Shown in pieces: positions 9,469-19,214 of a stretch of 61,982 nt of DNA. The notes below the pieces were generated by a model that did no database searches, was not told where the DNA came from, and saw only the letters and a program-made list of their open reading frames with translations. Origin of the DNA: Candidatus Aenigmatarchaeota archaeon. Its GTDB lineage: Archaea; Aenigmatarchaeota; Aenigmatarchaeia; GW2011-AR5. Position numbers and translations under genes: made by a program. The stretch is from positions 1 through 61,982 of the forward strand of contig JACPRW010000002.1 in NCBI GenBank assembly GCA_016193585.1, read 5' to 3'. Position 1 is the stretch's first letter. Every line of letters begins with the position of its first letter.

Positions 9469-10404
9469 ATGGATTTCGCGAGCATCGCCCTCACTATCGC
9501 AGGGCTCATCCTGTTCGAGATAATCACGAGCATCGACAACGCGGTCATCAATGCCGACGTGCTCGCGACCATGTCCCAGCGGGCGCGGCGCTGGTTCCTG
9601 CTCTGGGGCATCTTCGTCGCCGTGTTCCTCATACGCGGCACCCTCCCCTTGCTCATCGTCTGGGCGGCGAACCCCTCGCTCGGCCCTGTGGGCGCGTTCA
9701 CCGCCATGTTCAGCGAGGACCCGGCGGTCGCGCACACCATCGAGCAATCATCGCCGGTGCTGCTCATCGGCGGCGGCGTGTTCCTCGTCCTTCTCTTCCT
9801 GCACTGGCTGTTCATGGAGCCAAAGCATTACGGCCTCCGCGGCGAGCGCTTCTTCCATTCGCAGGGGGTCTGGTTCTTCGCCGTGGCATCCCTGTTCCTC
9901 GCCGCCCTGGCGTGGTTCGCCATCAGCGAAAACCCGGCAATGGCGTTCGGCGCTGTCATCGGCTCCACCGCCTTCTTCATCGTGCACGGCTTCAAGCAGA
10001 ACGCGGAGAAGGCGGAGCAGGAGCTGCTCGACAAGTCGAAGACAAGCATGAGCGACTGGAGCAAGATACTGTACCTGGAGGTCATCGACGCGACCTTCTC
10101 GATAGACGGCGTCATCGGCGCGTTCGCCTTCACACTCCTCGTGCCGCTCATACTCATCGGCAACGGACTCGGCGCCATCGCCGTGAGGCAGATAACCGTG
10201 AGCAACATCGAGAACGTCAAGAAATACCGCTACCTCAAGAACGGCGCGATGTATTCCATACTCGTCCTTGGTTCCATCATGATCGCGGACAGCTTCGGCT
10301 TTGGCATCCCGGCATGGCTCTCGCCGCTCACGACCTTCGCCACCATTGGTTATTTCTTCTGGAAATCAAAGAGGGAAGTGAGCCTCCTGAAATCTGCGGC
10401 CTAA
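9469..10404 (+). CDS. TerC/DUF475-family integral membrane protein
   Basis: Multi-TM protein with an ITSIDNAVINA motif. Confidence 0.55.
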   Translation: MDFASIALTIAGLILFEIITSIDNAVINADVLATMSQRARRWFLLWGIFVAVFLIRGTLPLLIVWAANPSLGPVGAFTAMFSEDPAVAHTIEQSSPVLLIGGGVFLVLLFLHWLFMEPKHYGLRGERFFHSQGVWFFAVASLFLAALAWFAISENPAMAFGAVIGSTAFFIVHGFKQNAEKAEQELLDKSKTSMSDWSKILYLEVIDATFSIDGVIGAFAFTLLVPLILIGNGLGAIAVRQITVSNIENVKKYRYLKNGAMYSILVLGSIMIADSFGFGIPAWLSPLTTFATIGYFFWKSKREVSLLKSAA

Positions 10405-10438
10405 AAGACCGCAGTATTTATATCCGGCACGAAAATAG

Positions 10439-10726
10439 ATGATTATGCCGTCATTCGGTGAGGTGGTCATACATATCATCACCACCGTCATCTCGTCCAT
10501 CATCGACACGACGCTCGCGCTCGCGGCTGACGTCATGCTGCTCTTCCAGATCATCTCGGCAAACGTCGGCATCGCCCCCCTGCCCGTTATCATCGTAGCG
10601 ACCGCCGTGCTCGCCGCCATCATCTATTACCTGTTCCGGATGCTCAAGGGAGACCTGAAGCACCTCATCACCGCCATCGTCATCCTCGCCATCCTGCTGC
10701 TCCTCGCGCTCGTTTCTTCACGCTGA
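10439..10726 (+). CDS. Small membrane protein
   Basis: 95-aa hydrophobic ORF directly after the TerC-like gene. Confidence 0.4.
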   Translation: MIMPSFGEVVIHIITTVISSIIDTTLALAADVMLLFQIISANVGIAPLPVIIVATAVLAAIIYYLFRMLKGDLKHLITAIVILAILLLLALVSSR

Positions 10727-11103
10727 TTCGCGGGTTTTCATGGCTTTTCGAATTTTGTACTACTGTTTGCCTTTTGTTCCAAAAGCCTGATTATACAGGA
10801 AAGCGATTGATAGCGTATGCTGTCATGCATCGTCTGCGATGAAACGCGCGATGTGCTGCTCCAGAACATTAATGACGTGTGCATCAGCATCTGCAGCCTC
10901 CATGTTGTCCGGCAAGCCGCAGCTACATGAGCAGCACAATTGCAACGGGGTGTATCTCGATGGGCAGAAGAAAGAAACATGTCCGCCAACTCTCCTAGAT
11001 TCGGCAATTTCCTGGTGAGCCACGCAGCTTCCCTGGTGGGCGGGTGCGGTGCACGGCTTTGTCCTGCGCCTCCCTGCTCACCTTTTTATTTCTTCCCCGA
11101 CAC

Positions 11104-11502
11104 ATGGTATCTACTATGCGCCTTCAGAAGGAACACCTCGTCGCCATCGCCATCGTCGCTGCAAGCGTGCTCTACCTCGTTGTTATCGAGGACGTTTACG
11201 GCAAGCGCATAACCTTCAATATCGGCGGCCGCGACCTGCTGTTCAGCCCGTTTGACATCGTCCTCGTAACGACCAGCGTCATCGCATCGGCGCTCGTTGT
11301 CGTATCGTTCCTTGCGTACCAGCGGACAGCGGACAGAAAGCTGTTCGTGGTGTCGCTCGCGTTCATCTTCTTCACCATACGGAGCGTCCTCGACGTATTC
11401 GACAACTTCTTCCTCGCCGGCTACTCGTTTTTGAGCATCGCCAAGCGACTACTCGACCTCCTCATCGTGCTTGCCTTCCTGTTCGTCCTGTTCAGAAAGT
11501 GA
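11104..11502 (+). CDS. Membrane protein (4 TM)
   Basis: Hydrophobic ORF. The start is uncertain (M at 11104 or 11116). Confidence 0.5.
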   Translation: MVSTMRLQKEHLVAIAIVAASVLYLVVIEDVYGKRITFNIGGRDLLFSPFDIVLVTTSVIASALVVVSFLAYQRTADRKLFVVSLAFIFFTIRSVLDVFDNFFLAGYSFLSIAKRLLDLLIVLAFLFVLFRK

Positions 11503-11506
11503 TACG

Positions 11507-12025
11507 GTGGACCCGCTTGAGCTCGAGGTGCGGAAGAAGATATACGATTGCATAGTCAACTCGCCGGGCATTCACTTCCGCGAAATCCAGCGCCGCACCG
11601 GGACCGCGGTGGGCAACCTGGATTACCACCTGCATTTCCTCCGCAAGCGCGGCATCATACGGGCTGAGCAATCAGCAAAGCTGACGCGCTACTACCCGAT
11701 GACCAAGAACTGGAGCGAGGAGGAGAAGCAGATTCTCTCGCTGCTGCGCCAGCGTAACATCCGCCACATCGTGCTGCACCTGCTCACGCACCGGAAGGCC
11801 ATGCCGCGCAGCCTTGCGGAGGCTCTCGGCGTCTCGAACTCGACCATGTCGTGGTACCTGAAACAGATGACGGAGAAGAACGTCATCGCCTACACGAAAA
11901 AGGGGCGGTTCCGGACGTACCGGCTCACCGAGCCGGAGAAGATGGTGAATTACCTCGTCGTCTACCGCGCCAGCTTCCTCGACGAGCTTGTCGACAACTT
12001 CATCGACACTTGGGGGGAGAAGTAA
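11507..12025 (+). CDS. Tandem winged-helix transcriptional regulator
   Basis: Two wHTH units (GIHFREIQRRTGTAVGNLDYHLHFLRKRGII and AMPRSLAEALGVSNSTMSWYLKQMTEKNVI). Probable GTG start right after the upstream stop. Confidence 0.55.
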   Translation: MDPLELEVRKKIYDCIVNSPGIHFREIQRRTGTAVGNLDYHLHFLRKRGIIRAEQSAKLTRYYPMTKNWSEEEKQILSLLRQRNIRHIVLHLLTHRKAMPRSLAEALGVSNSTMSWYLKQMTEKNVIAYTKKGRFRTYRLTEPEKMVNYLVVYRASFLDELVDNFIDTWGEK

Positions 12026-12280
12026 TCACTTCTGGAGAAAGTACATGACCCCCACGATGAGCGAGATGAGGCCGGAGATGAGCGACAACGCCACAAAAAT
12101 CCATCCTACCATGATATATGGGCCGACAGCGCCTGCGATGGCTTCTCCTCCCGGAAGCGCGCCGAGCGCAGAAATGCCGGAACTGAGCTGGAGCATCACA
12201 TAGCCAAGTATGCCTGCCTGCAGCAGAAACAGGAGACCGGTGAACACGGAGCCGATGGCAGCGAACTTGTTGATGTCCAT
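12026..12280 (-). CDS. Small membrane protein (84 aa)
   Basis: MDINKFAAIGSVFTGLLFLLQAGILGY... Preceded by the conserved leader motif shared with pyk. Confidence 0.5.
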   Translation of the reverse strand: MDINKFAAIGSVFTGLLFLLQAGILGYVMLQLSSGISALGALPGGEAIAGAVGPYIMVGWIFVALSLISGLISLIVGVMYFLQK

Positions 12281-12399
12281 AATACCCCGCACTCCGTGCG
12301 TCGTGCGCAGAAAGCACGAGCTTTCTGGCACAGCAGAAGCGTTGCTTCTGTATGTGTCCCATTACTATTTAGGAATCCCCCTATATAAATGTACCTGAT

Positions 12400-13158
12400 A
12401 TGATCGACAGCCACTGCCATATCGAGACGATAGAGAAGCCGGAAGATATCCTTACTGAAGCACGCACGAGAGGCATGAAGGCAATCATAACGTCCTCACA
12501 GGACCCCGAGGAAGCCCGGCGTGCATTTGACCTGCAGGAAAAATGCCAGCACTTCCTTTTTGTCTGCCTCGGTTGGCATCCAACGAGGCTGAGAGACGCT
12601 CCGGAACAGCTCGGCGCGTACACGGACTTCATCCGGGCGAATCAGCACCGTGCGGTGGGAATCGGCGAAGTGGGTCTGGACTACTACTGGATGAAGGGCG
12701 AGAAGCAACGCCACGCAGCCCAACAGATTTTTGTGCGGTTCGTCACACTTGCCAAGGAACTTGACCTGCCACTGGTTATCCATTGCCGGGAAGCATACGA
12801 TGATGTCTTTGCACTGCTGGAGCAGCACGGCGCAGCGCGCGTCATGATGCACTGCTTCTCGGGCAGCAAGGAACGGCTGGCGCTTGCGCTGGAGAGGGGA
12901 TACATGATTTCCCTCGCCACGAACGTCTGTTATACGAAAAAACACCAGTTGCTTGCAGAAAAAACGCCGCTCAGCCAGATGCTTCTTGAGACGGATTCGC
13001 CGTGGCTCAATCCCTTTGACCCGAAAAAGCCGGAGAACAGACCGTGGCATATCGCTGAGTCCGCACGCGTCATTGGCGAGCTGCACAACCTGCCGCCGTC
13101 AGAGGTGCTTGCACGAACTGCAGCAAACGCCAGGCGGTTCTTCGGGCTGCGCATATAG
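12400..13158 (+). CDS. tatD: TatD-family metal-dependent hydrolase/DNase
   Basis: IDSHCHI N-terminus, a GLDYYW-type motif and an HCF block characteristic of TatD. Confidence 0.8.
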   Translation: MIDSHCHIETIEKPEDILTEARTRGMKAIITSSQDPEEARRAFDLQEKCQHFLFVCLGWHPTRLRDAPEQLGAYTDFIRANQHRAVGIGEVGLDYYWMKGEKQRHAAQQIFVRFVTLAKELDLPLVIHCREAYDDVFALLEQHGAARVMMHCFSGSKERLALALERGYMISLATNVCYTKKHQLLAEKTPLSQMLLETDSPWLNPFDPKKPENRPWHIAESARVIGELHNLPPSEVLARTAANARRFFGLRI

Positions 13159-13228
13159 ATGTCTGAAGCGCAAACCACTTTCTCTGTTGCCGTAGAAAAC
13201 TATTTATACAAGTGGGAACAAAAGTGGT

Positions 13229-13471
13229 ATGGGAATGTGCATGGGAAAAGAAACGGAACTCGAAGAACGAGGCAGAATTGTAATACCCAAAGACCTCAGG
13301 GAAGCATTGCACCTTAAACCAGGCCAAAAATTGCTCATTGAGCAACGAGGCAGAGAACTAGTGCTGAAACCGGCAGCCGATAAAGACCGTTTCCTTCGCG
13401 AACTGCAGGGATGCGTGAAAAAATCCGTGATAAAGCCGTTAGACGTCAAAAAAATCTGGGAAAAGGTATGA
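13229..13471 (+). CDS. vapB: AbrB/SpoVT-type antitoxin (VapB-like)
   Basis: GRIVIPKDLREALHLKPGQKL swapped-hairpin motif. Overlaps the downstream PIN gene by 3 nt. Confidence 0.7.
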   Translation: MGMCMGKETELEERGRIVIPKDLREALHLKPGQKLLIEQRGRELVLKPAADKDRFLRELQGCVKKSVIKPLDVKKIWEKV

Positions 13472-13896
13472 TTTTCATAGATTCCAATATGTGGTGCTAC
13501 TTCTTTGATGAATCCGCAAGAGAAAACAAGAAAGTCGTTGAATTCGTGAAAAGAATTTTAGAAAAAGAGGAAGTAGCCATAAATACTGCTGTAATTACAG
13601 AAATAGCGCATTTCCTTATCAAAAATCTTGGCCCGGTGAACGGGAAGAAAAAAATTGAAACGTTCCTCGAATTCCCGCTTGTGGTAAGAGACGTAACATA
13701 CGCCGATACCAAAGATTCTATTGAGCTACTGTGCCAGTATGCCCATGAAGGAATAGGTGGCAGGGATGCCACGCTGCTCAGCAGCATGAAAAAACTTGGC
13801 ATACAGAGAATTGCCACGCATGACGCGGCATTCAAAAAAGTAGAATGGGCAGATGTGATCGATCCGATACAAAATAATAATAGTAAAGAACATTGA
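13469..13896 (+). CDS. vapC: PIN-domain toxin (VapC-like)
   Basis: MIFIDSN start, acidic residues spaced as in PIN, IATHD motif. The stop codon lies inside a hairpin repeat. Confidence 0.7.
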
Positions 13897-13973
13897 TTTT
13901 GGAACATTTTACAATGTTCTTTCCATATAGCAGATTGTGGTAAAAGTTCCATTATTATTACAATCTGCTATAA
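13878..13973. repeat. Hairpin-module repeat lying exactly between convergent vapC and aspartate aminotransferase stop codons
   Basis: Copy of 463-560. Overlaps both stop codons. Confidence 0.85.
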
Positions 13974-15122
13974 CTAGCGCAGTCCTCTGAGCACCCGCTC
14001 CACCCGGTCCATGCCCGCTTCAATCGTCTTCATGCCCGTGGCATACGAGAGCCGCACATGCCTGTCCGAGCCGAAGTCCTTGCCGGGCACGACGGCGACG
14101 CGGGCTTTGTCGAGGAGCAAAGCGGCGAAAGCGGATGAACTCATCTTGTCCGGCACTTCAGGGAACACGTAGAATGCGCCTTCCGGAAGCCGGCAGGAAA
14201 GCCCCATCTTCTGCAGGCGCGTGGTCATGTACTTCCTCCGCCTGTCGAATTCGGCTATCATCGTGCGTACCGGCGACTGGTCTCCTGCCAGCGCTTCGAC
14301 GGCAGCCGCCTGCGCTATTGACGACGGGTTGGACGTCGTCTGGCTCTGGATATCGGCGACAGCCTTGACAATAGCTGCCGGTCCTGCGCAGTAGCCAATG
14401 CGCCAGCCGGTCATCGCGTACGTCTTCGAGACGCCGTTAACCACAATCGTGTTGTCATACGCGAACGATGCCGGGCCGCTCTGCTTCCTGCCGTCGTAGA
14501 CAAAATGCTCGTAAATCTCGTCCGAAATCAGCCAGACGCCGCGCTTTTCCGCAAGCGACGCCAGTTCCATGATCGTTTCCCTGCGCTCCACTGCACCGGT
14601 CGGGTTGCTCGGCGAGTTGACGACGATGGCCTTTGTCCTTTTCGTCAGCTTCGTCTTCACCTGCTTCGGCACTGCATGGAACTGCTTGTCCGTGGCGGCG
14701 AATACGGGCTTCCCTCCGGCCAGCCTGATCTGCTCGGGATAGCTTGTCCAGTACGGCGACGGCACGACGACCTCGTCGCCCCGGTTGAGCAGCGCCAGGA
14801 AAATATTGTAGAGGGAGTGCTTCGCGCCGCACGAAACCGCAACCTGCGACGCGCCGTAGGAGAGGCCGTTCTCCTTCTCCAGCTTCCTGCAGACAGCTTC
14901 TTTGAGTTCGGCGGTGCCTGCCGGCGCCGTGTACTTCGTGAAGCCCTGCTGTATCGCGCGTATGGCCGCCTGCTTGATGTGCTGCGGCGTGTCGAAATCG
15001 GGCTCGCCGATGCTGAAGTCCGCGACGTCGATGCCGGCCCTTCTGAGCTCTTTTGCCTTGTCGCTGATGGCCAGCGTCGCAGAAGGAGCGATTGCAGTTG
15101 CTCTCTGCGACAGCATAATCAC
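13974..15122 (-). CDS. Aspartate/aromatic aminotransferase (PLP-dependent, class I)
   Basis: NPSNPTG, SKTYAMTGWRIGY (Lys in the SKT motif). 382 aa. Confidence 0.85.
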   Translation of the reverse strand: MIMLSQRATAIAPSATLAISDKAKELRRAGIDVADFSIGEPDFDTPQHIKQAAIRAIQQGFTKYTAPAGTAELKEAVCRKLEKENGLSYGASQVAVSCGAKHSLYNIFLALLNRGDEVVVPSPYWTSYPEQIRLAGGKPVFAATDKQFHAVPKQVKTKLTKRTKAIVVNSPSNPTGAVERRETIMELASLAEKRGVWLISDEIYEHFVYDGRKQSGPASFAYDNTIVVNGVSKTYAMTGWRIGYCAGPAAIVKAVADIQSQTTSNPSSIAQAAAVEALAGDQSPVRTMIAEFDRRRKYMTTRLQKMGLSCRLPEGAFYVFPEVPDKMSSSAFAALLLDKARVAVVPGKDFGSDRHVRLSYATGMKTIEAGMDRVERVLRGLR

Positions 15123-15158
15123 GTATTGGCTGCAAGGTTTATATCTTTACTGACCAGT

Positions 15159-16625
15159 ATGTTTGCCATGGTACCGAGGACGATGTCCACCCAGCACCCC
15201 GACAATGTCCGGAACCCCTTCTTCGCAGCGAACGCCGTCCTCGAGGGCGACGACGAGATCAAGGAGGCATTTTACGCCTATTCGCATATCAAGTGCCAGG
15301 AACAGCTCTGGGACTGCGAAGGCAAGGAAGTGGACGACTACGTCGTCAAGAAGCTCCTGAGCAAATACGAGCCCTTCTTCAAGCGCAACAAGCTCGGCGA
15401 GGACATCCGCCTGACGCTGCGGGTGCCCAACCCCGAAATCGAGAAGGACGAAGCCAAGATACTCCTCGAGACGCTCGAATCGATACCGCGAAGCTTTGAC
15501 ATCGCGAAGGCGTTCTACTGCGAGGACGTTGCGCCCATATTCGAAGTCGCGCTGCCCATGACCATGTCCGCCGGCGCGCTGCTGCGGATAAAGGAATATT
15601 ATACGCGTTTTGTCGTCGGGAAGGCAGACCACAGCCTCGGCGGCATGAAGATCGCCGAATGGGTAGGCGACTTCAGGCCGAAGAGCATCAACGTCATCCC
15701 GCTGCTCGAGACGGTCGACAGCATGCTCGCCGCAGACAGCATCGTCGGGGAATACGTCAGCAAGGCGCGTGTCGAGGGCCAGCAGCGCGTCTGGCTTGCG
15801 CGTTCGGACACAGCGCTCAACTACGGTCTTGTTCCTGCTATTCTCATCAATATCCTGTCGCTCCAAAAACTCGAAACACTCGAGGAGCAGCTGTCCGCAG
15901 AGCTGTTGCCCATCATCGGCCTCGGCTCGGCGCCGTTCAGGGGCAACCTCACGCCGTCAAACCTCTCCTGCATCGGGGAGTTCCCGAGCGTGCAAACGTT
16001 TACGATACAGTCCGCGTTCAAGTACGACTACGACGAGCGCGACGTCGCTGACGCAGTGAAGCAGATGAACAGCTCGAAGCGGCACACGGCGCGGCACATC
16101 GACGAGCAGGAAGCGCGCGCCGTCATCGCCACGGCATCGGATGCCTACCGGAAGCAGGTCGCCGCGCTTGCAGAGACCATCAGCGCCGTTGCGAAGCACA
16201 TCCCGCAGCGCCGCCGGCGCAAGCTGCACATCGGCCTCTTCGGCTATTCGCGCGAGCAGGGCGGCATACGGCTGCCGCGGGCCATCACCTTCTGCGCATC
16301 CCTGTATTCCCTCGGCTTGCCGCCCGAGATTCTCGGCATGGACACACTTTCCCCGAAGGACATGGATTTCATCCGCGCCGCGTACACGAGCTTCGACCGC
16401 GACATGCAGGACGCGCTCCGGTACGTCAACGAGGACAACTTCCACTTCTTCCCCCAGGACGTCATCAAGGCGGTCAAGAAGAGCCTCGGCATGTTCGAGT
16501 ACGACGTTGATGAAAAGCACAAAAAGGTCACCGGCATTATATTAGATGATTTCAGGCGCAAGGACTTCGCGGTCATGGAAGAGAACATCATGCGCGCCGG
16601 AGCGCTGCGCGGTTTTCTTGGATGA
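15159..16625 (+). CDS. ppcA: Archaeal-type phosphoenolpyruvate carboxylase
   Basis: N-terminal VPRTMSTQHPDN signature of atPEPC. About 488 aa. The upstream part of ORF 14505-16625 is antisense to the aminotransferase and was discarded. Confidence 0.8.
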   Translation: MFAMVPRTMSTQHPDNVRNPFFAANAVLEGDDEIKEAFYAYSHIKCQEQLWDCEGKEVDDYVVKKLLSKYEPFFKRNKLGEDIRLTLRVPNPEIEKDEAKILLETLESIPRSFDIAKAFYCEDVAPIFEVALPMTMSAGALLRIKEYYTRFVVGKADHSLGGMKIAEWVGDFRPKSINVIPLLETVDSMLAADSIVGEYVSKARVEGQQRVWLARSDTALNYGLVPAILINILSLQKLETLEEQLSAELLPIIGLGSAPFRGNLTPSNLSCIGEFPSVQTFTIQSAFKYDYDERDVADAVKQMNSSKRHTARHIDEQEARAVIATASDAYRKQVAALAETISAVAKHIPQRRRRKLHIGLFGYSREQGGIRLPRAITFCASLYSLGLPPEILGMDTLSPKDMDFIRAAYTSFDRDMQDALRYVNEDNFHFFPQDVIKAVKKSLGMFEYDVDEKHKKVTGIILDDFRRKDFAVMEENIMRAGALRGFLG

Positions 16626-16743
16626 AAAAAGCAGGTGGTTCTGATGCACCGTAACAGGAGGTATCGGAACTGCGAATAACATGGGATACCCTGAAGAGCA
16701 AAGCTCTTCGGGGTGCTCAAAAACCAAAAGGTCTTTGGCATGC

Positions 16744-16859
16744 CAAAGAAGCTGAGCTTCTTTGAGCATGACAGAAAGCACATGCTTTCTGCGCACGACG
16801 CACGGAGTGCGGGGTCAAGGATTATAGCATGGGATACGACGCACGGAGTGCGGGGTATT
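16744..16859 (+). promoter_or_regulatory. Structured leader upstream of pyk. Two short hairpins, then a duplicated CGACGCACGGAGTGCGGGGT motif, the second copy abutting the ATG.
   Basis: A near-identical arrangement (minus strand, 12282-12350) precedes the 12026-12280 gene. Confidence 0.45.
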
Positions 16860-18245
16860 ATGAGGAGAAAAACGAAAATCATCGCAACCATCGGGCCTGC
16901 ATGCGCCGACGCAACGGTGCTCAGGGGCATGATGCTCGCCGGCATGGACATCGCGCGGCTCAACCTGTCCCACGGCACCCGGGAAAGCCACGGCCGGCAT
17001 GTCGAGATGCTACGCGCGGTCGCCGGGAAGCTCGGGAGGAGCGTGGGCATCCTGTTCGATCTGCAGGGGCCTGAGCTGCGCATAGAAAACCTTTCCGAAC
17101 CGATGCAGGTACGGAAGGGGGACACCATCATCTTTTCCGCGACGAACCCTTCGGGGCTCCGGCTCTCGATGGACATAGCGCCCTCGGTGCAGAAGGGCGA
17201 CATACTGTTCCTCGACGACGGCATGATACGCCTGCAGGTCGCCGGCGTCAAAGGCGGCGACGTTTCGTGCACCGTGCTCAACAGCGGCATCATCGGGCTG
17301 CGGAAACGGCTCAACATCCCGAACCCGCCGGCTCCCGGCAAGGCGGTCTCCAAGCGTACTGCAGAGGAGATACGGTTCGCGCTTGCCCACGATCCTGATT
17401 TTATTGCCCTTTCCTACGTTGACAGCAGGAAAGACGTCGACGACGCGCGGAAGCTCGTCGGCGGCAGCGACACGCTCCTCGTTTCCAAGCTGGAAACACA
17501 GCATGCAATTGCCAATCTCGACGGCATCATTGAGGCATCGGACGCTGTCATGGTCGCCCGCGGCGACCTCGGCATGCAGATTCCCATGGAGAAGCTGCCC
17601 ATCGTCCAGCACGCGGTCGTCAAGAAATGCAACTCGAAGGGCACGCCGGTCATCGTCGCGACGCACATGCTCAACTCGATGATTGAAAATCCGCTGCCGA
17701 CGCGGGCCGAGGTGAACGACGTGACGACCGCCGTCATCATGGGCGCCGACGCGGTCATGCTCTCCGGCGAGACCGCCGCAGGCAAGTACCCTGTCGAAAG
17801 CATACAGACCATGGGCAAGATAGCCTGCAACACCGAACAGGACGTGGACATCAGCCACGTCGCCGACAGCAAGATAGAAGTGGTGAGCACCGCCCAGATC
17901 ATGAGCAAGTCGCTTGCGCTGCTTGCCTACCACAAGAAGCCCGAGGCAATCATCATCGTCACCGAGGACAGCATCCTTGCGAAGATGCTCTCGAGGTACC
18001 GGCTCACCATACCCATCTACGTCTTCACCTCCACCGAGCACATCAGCCGCGAGATGTCACTCTATTGGGGAGTCTTTCCCTTCCTGCAGAAGATACCCAG
18101 CAATTACGACAGCTGCATCGCCGCGGTCATGGCCACGCTCAAGCGCAGCAAGCTCGTTTCGAAAGGGAACGACGTCATCGTCAGCATCCATGACGGCGTT
18201 GGGGAGCGCATGCACACCATCATGGACATACGGAAGGTGGAATAA
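16860..18245 (+). CDS. pyk: Pyruvate kinase
   Basis: KIIATIGPA, MVARGDLG and a C-terminal alpha/beta domain. 461 aa. Confidence 0.9.
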   Translation: MRRKTKIIATIGPACADATVLRGMMLAGMDIARLNLSHGTRESHGRHVEMLRAVAGKLGRSVGILFDLQGPELRIENLSEPMQVRKGDTIIFSATNPSGLRLSMDIAPSVQKGDILFLDDGMIRLQVAGVKGGDVSCTVLNSGIIGLRKRLNIPNPPAPGKAVSKRTAEEIRFALAHDPDFIALSYVDSRKDVDDARKLVGGSDTLLVSKLETQHAIANLDGIIEASDAVMVARGDLGMQIPMEKLPIVQHAVVKKCNSKGTPVIVATHMLNSMIENPLPTRAEVNDVTTAVIMGADAVMLSGETAAGKYPVESIQTMGKIACNTEQDVDISHVADSKIEVVSTAQIMSKSLALLAYHKKPEAIIIVTEDSILAKMLSRYRLTIPIYVFTSTEHISREMSLYWGVFPFLQKIPSNYDSCIAAVMATLKRSKLVSKGNDVIVSIHDGVGERMHTIMDIRKVE

Positions 18246-18274
18246 ATAACGGAAGACATGAGGCGCCTGAGTCC

Positions 18275-19120
18275 TCAGCGTCTTGATGCTTGAGGTTCTT
18301 TCACCATTTCAGCAGCCACAGCATCAGCGCTGAGCCCGATAAGAAATTCGAGCCTGCCGCCGGGCAGAAATTTTTTCATTTCCTGCACAAGCCTCCCTTT
18401 TGCCTCCTCGGAAAGAACGCCTCTGCCTTCTGAAAGGATCTTTACATTTTGCCTGTAGCGTTCGATGTACGCTTTCTGCCGGTCAAGTATTTCCTCATTT
18501 CCTGGTTCTCCATGACCTGGATACATTTTTGCGAATTTGCCGGACAGAGACTTCAGGCTGCTAATTGTCTCGAGCCATGCGGAGCTGTGCCCGTCGGCAA
18601 GGTATGCATGCACCCCGCCCAACACAATATCGCCTATAAAGGCGTGCATCACTCCATTGTATTCCATAACCCAGTAGGAATCGGCATGTGACTCGCCGGG
18701 TCCCATGTCGTGCACCGTGAACGTTACGCCGCCAAACACCACCGACTCCCCGTCTTTGAAAATCTTGCTGGGGAATGTCCGCCTGGATGGCCACTCGTCG
18801 CCAAAGACGGGCTTCCACTGCTTTTCCTTTGCGCCGTCGTATTCGCGGATAACCGTATCGACCGCAGCCGTCGCTATAATCGGGACATCCTTCCCCTCAA
18901 TGAGCTCTGTCACCCCATTGTAATGGTCGGGGTGCCCATGAGTCAGAAGCACTGCAAGCAGCTTCTTGCCGGTGTTTTTTACCATTTTGTTAAGTGCCTT
19001 TCCACCCGACACCGTCAGCGTTGCATCAATGGCGACAATTCCTTCAGAGGTCTCTATCAGGTATGCATTCGAGAATATCGAAGGCTCTCCCTGGCTGTAC
19101 GTGGTTATTTTGGGTTCCAT
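18275..19120 (-). CDS. MBL-fold metallo-hydrolase
   Basis: THGHPDHYNG motif. Start probably at MEPKITTY. Confidence 0.75.
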   Translation of the reverse strand: MEPKITTYSQGEPSIFSNAYLIETSEGIVAIDATLTVSGGKALNKMVKNTGKKLLAVLLTHGHPDHYNGVTELIEGKDVPIIATAAVDTVIREYDGAKEKQWKPVFGDEWPSRRTFPSKIFKDGESVVFGGVTFTVHDMGPGESHADSYWVMEYNGVMHAFIGDIVLGGVHAYLADGHSSAWLETISSLKSLSGKFAKMYPGHGEPGNEEILDRQKAYIERYRQNVKILSEGRGVLSEEAKGRLVQEMKKFLPGGRLEFLIGLSADAVAAEMVKEPQASRR

Positions 19121-19214
19121 AACAAGATGTGCTTGTAAAAGTATAAAAAAGTATACTGCCTCCTTGAGGTATGAAATCAGCACGTATAAATTCCGCAGAT
19201 TGCATATCTGTAGC

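Noticed and set aside
8314-9747. 477-aa minus-strand ORF (Asp/Glu/Arg-rich)
   Set aside because: Antisense to the CaCA antiporter and TerC-like genes. Low-complexity charged translation typical of a GC-rich antisense frame.
14505-15158. Upstream 218 codons of track ORF 14505-16625
   Set aside because: Antisense to the aminotransferase gene. The PEPC N-terminal signature MFAMVPRTMSTQHPDN begins only at 15159.
17010-18041. 343-aa minus-strand ORF
   Set aside because: Antisense to pyruvate kinase. Gly/Asp/Arg-rich.
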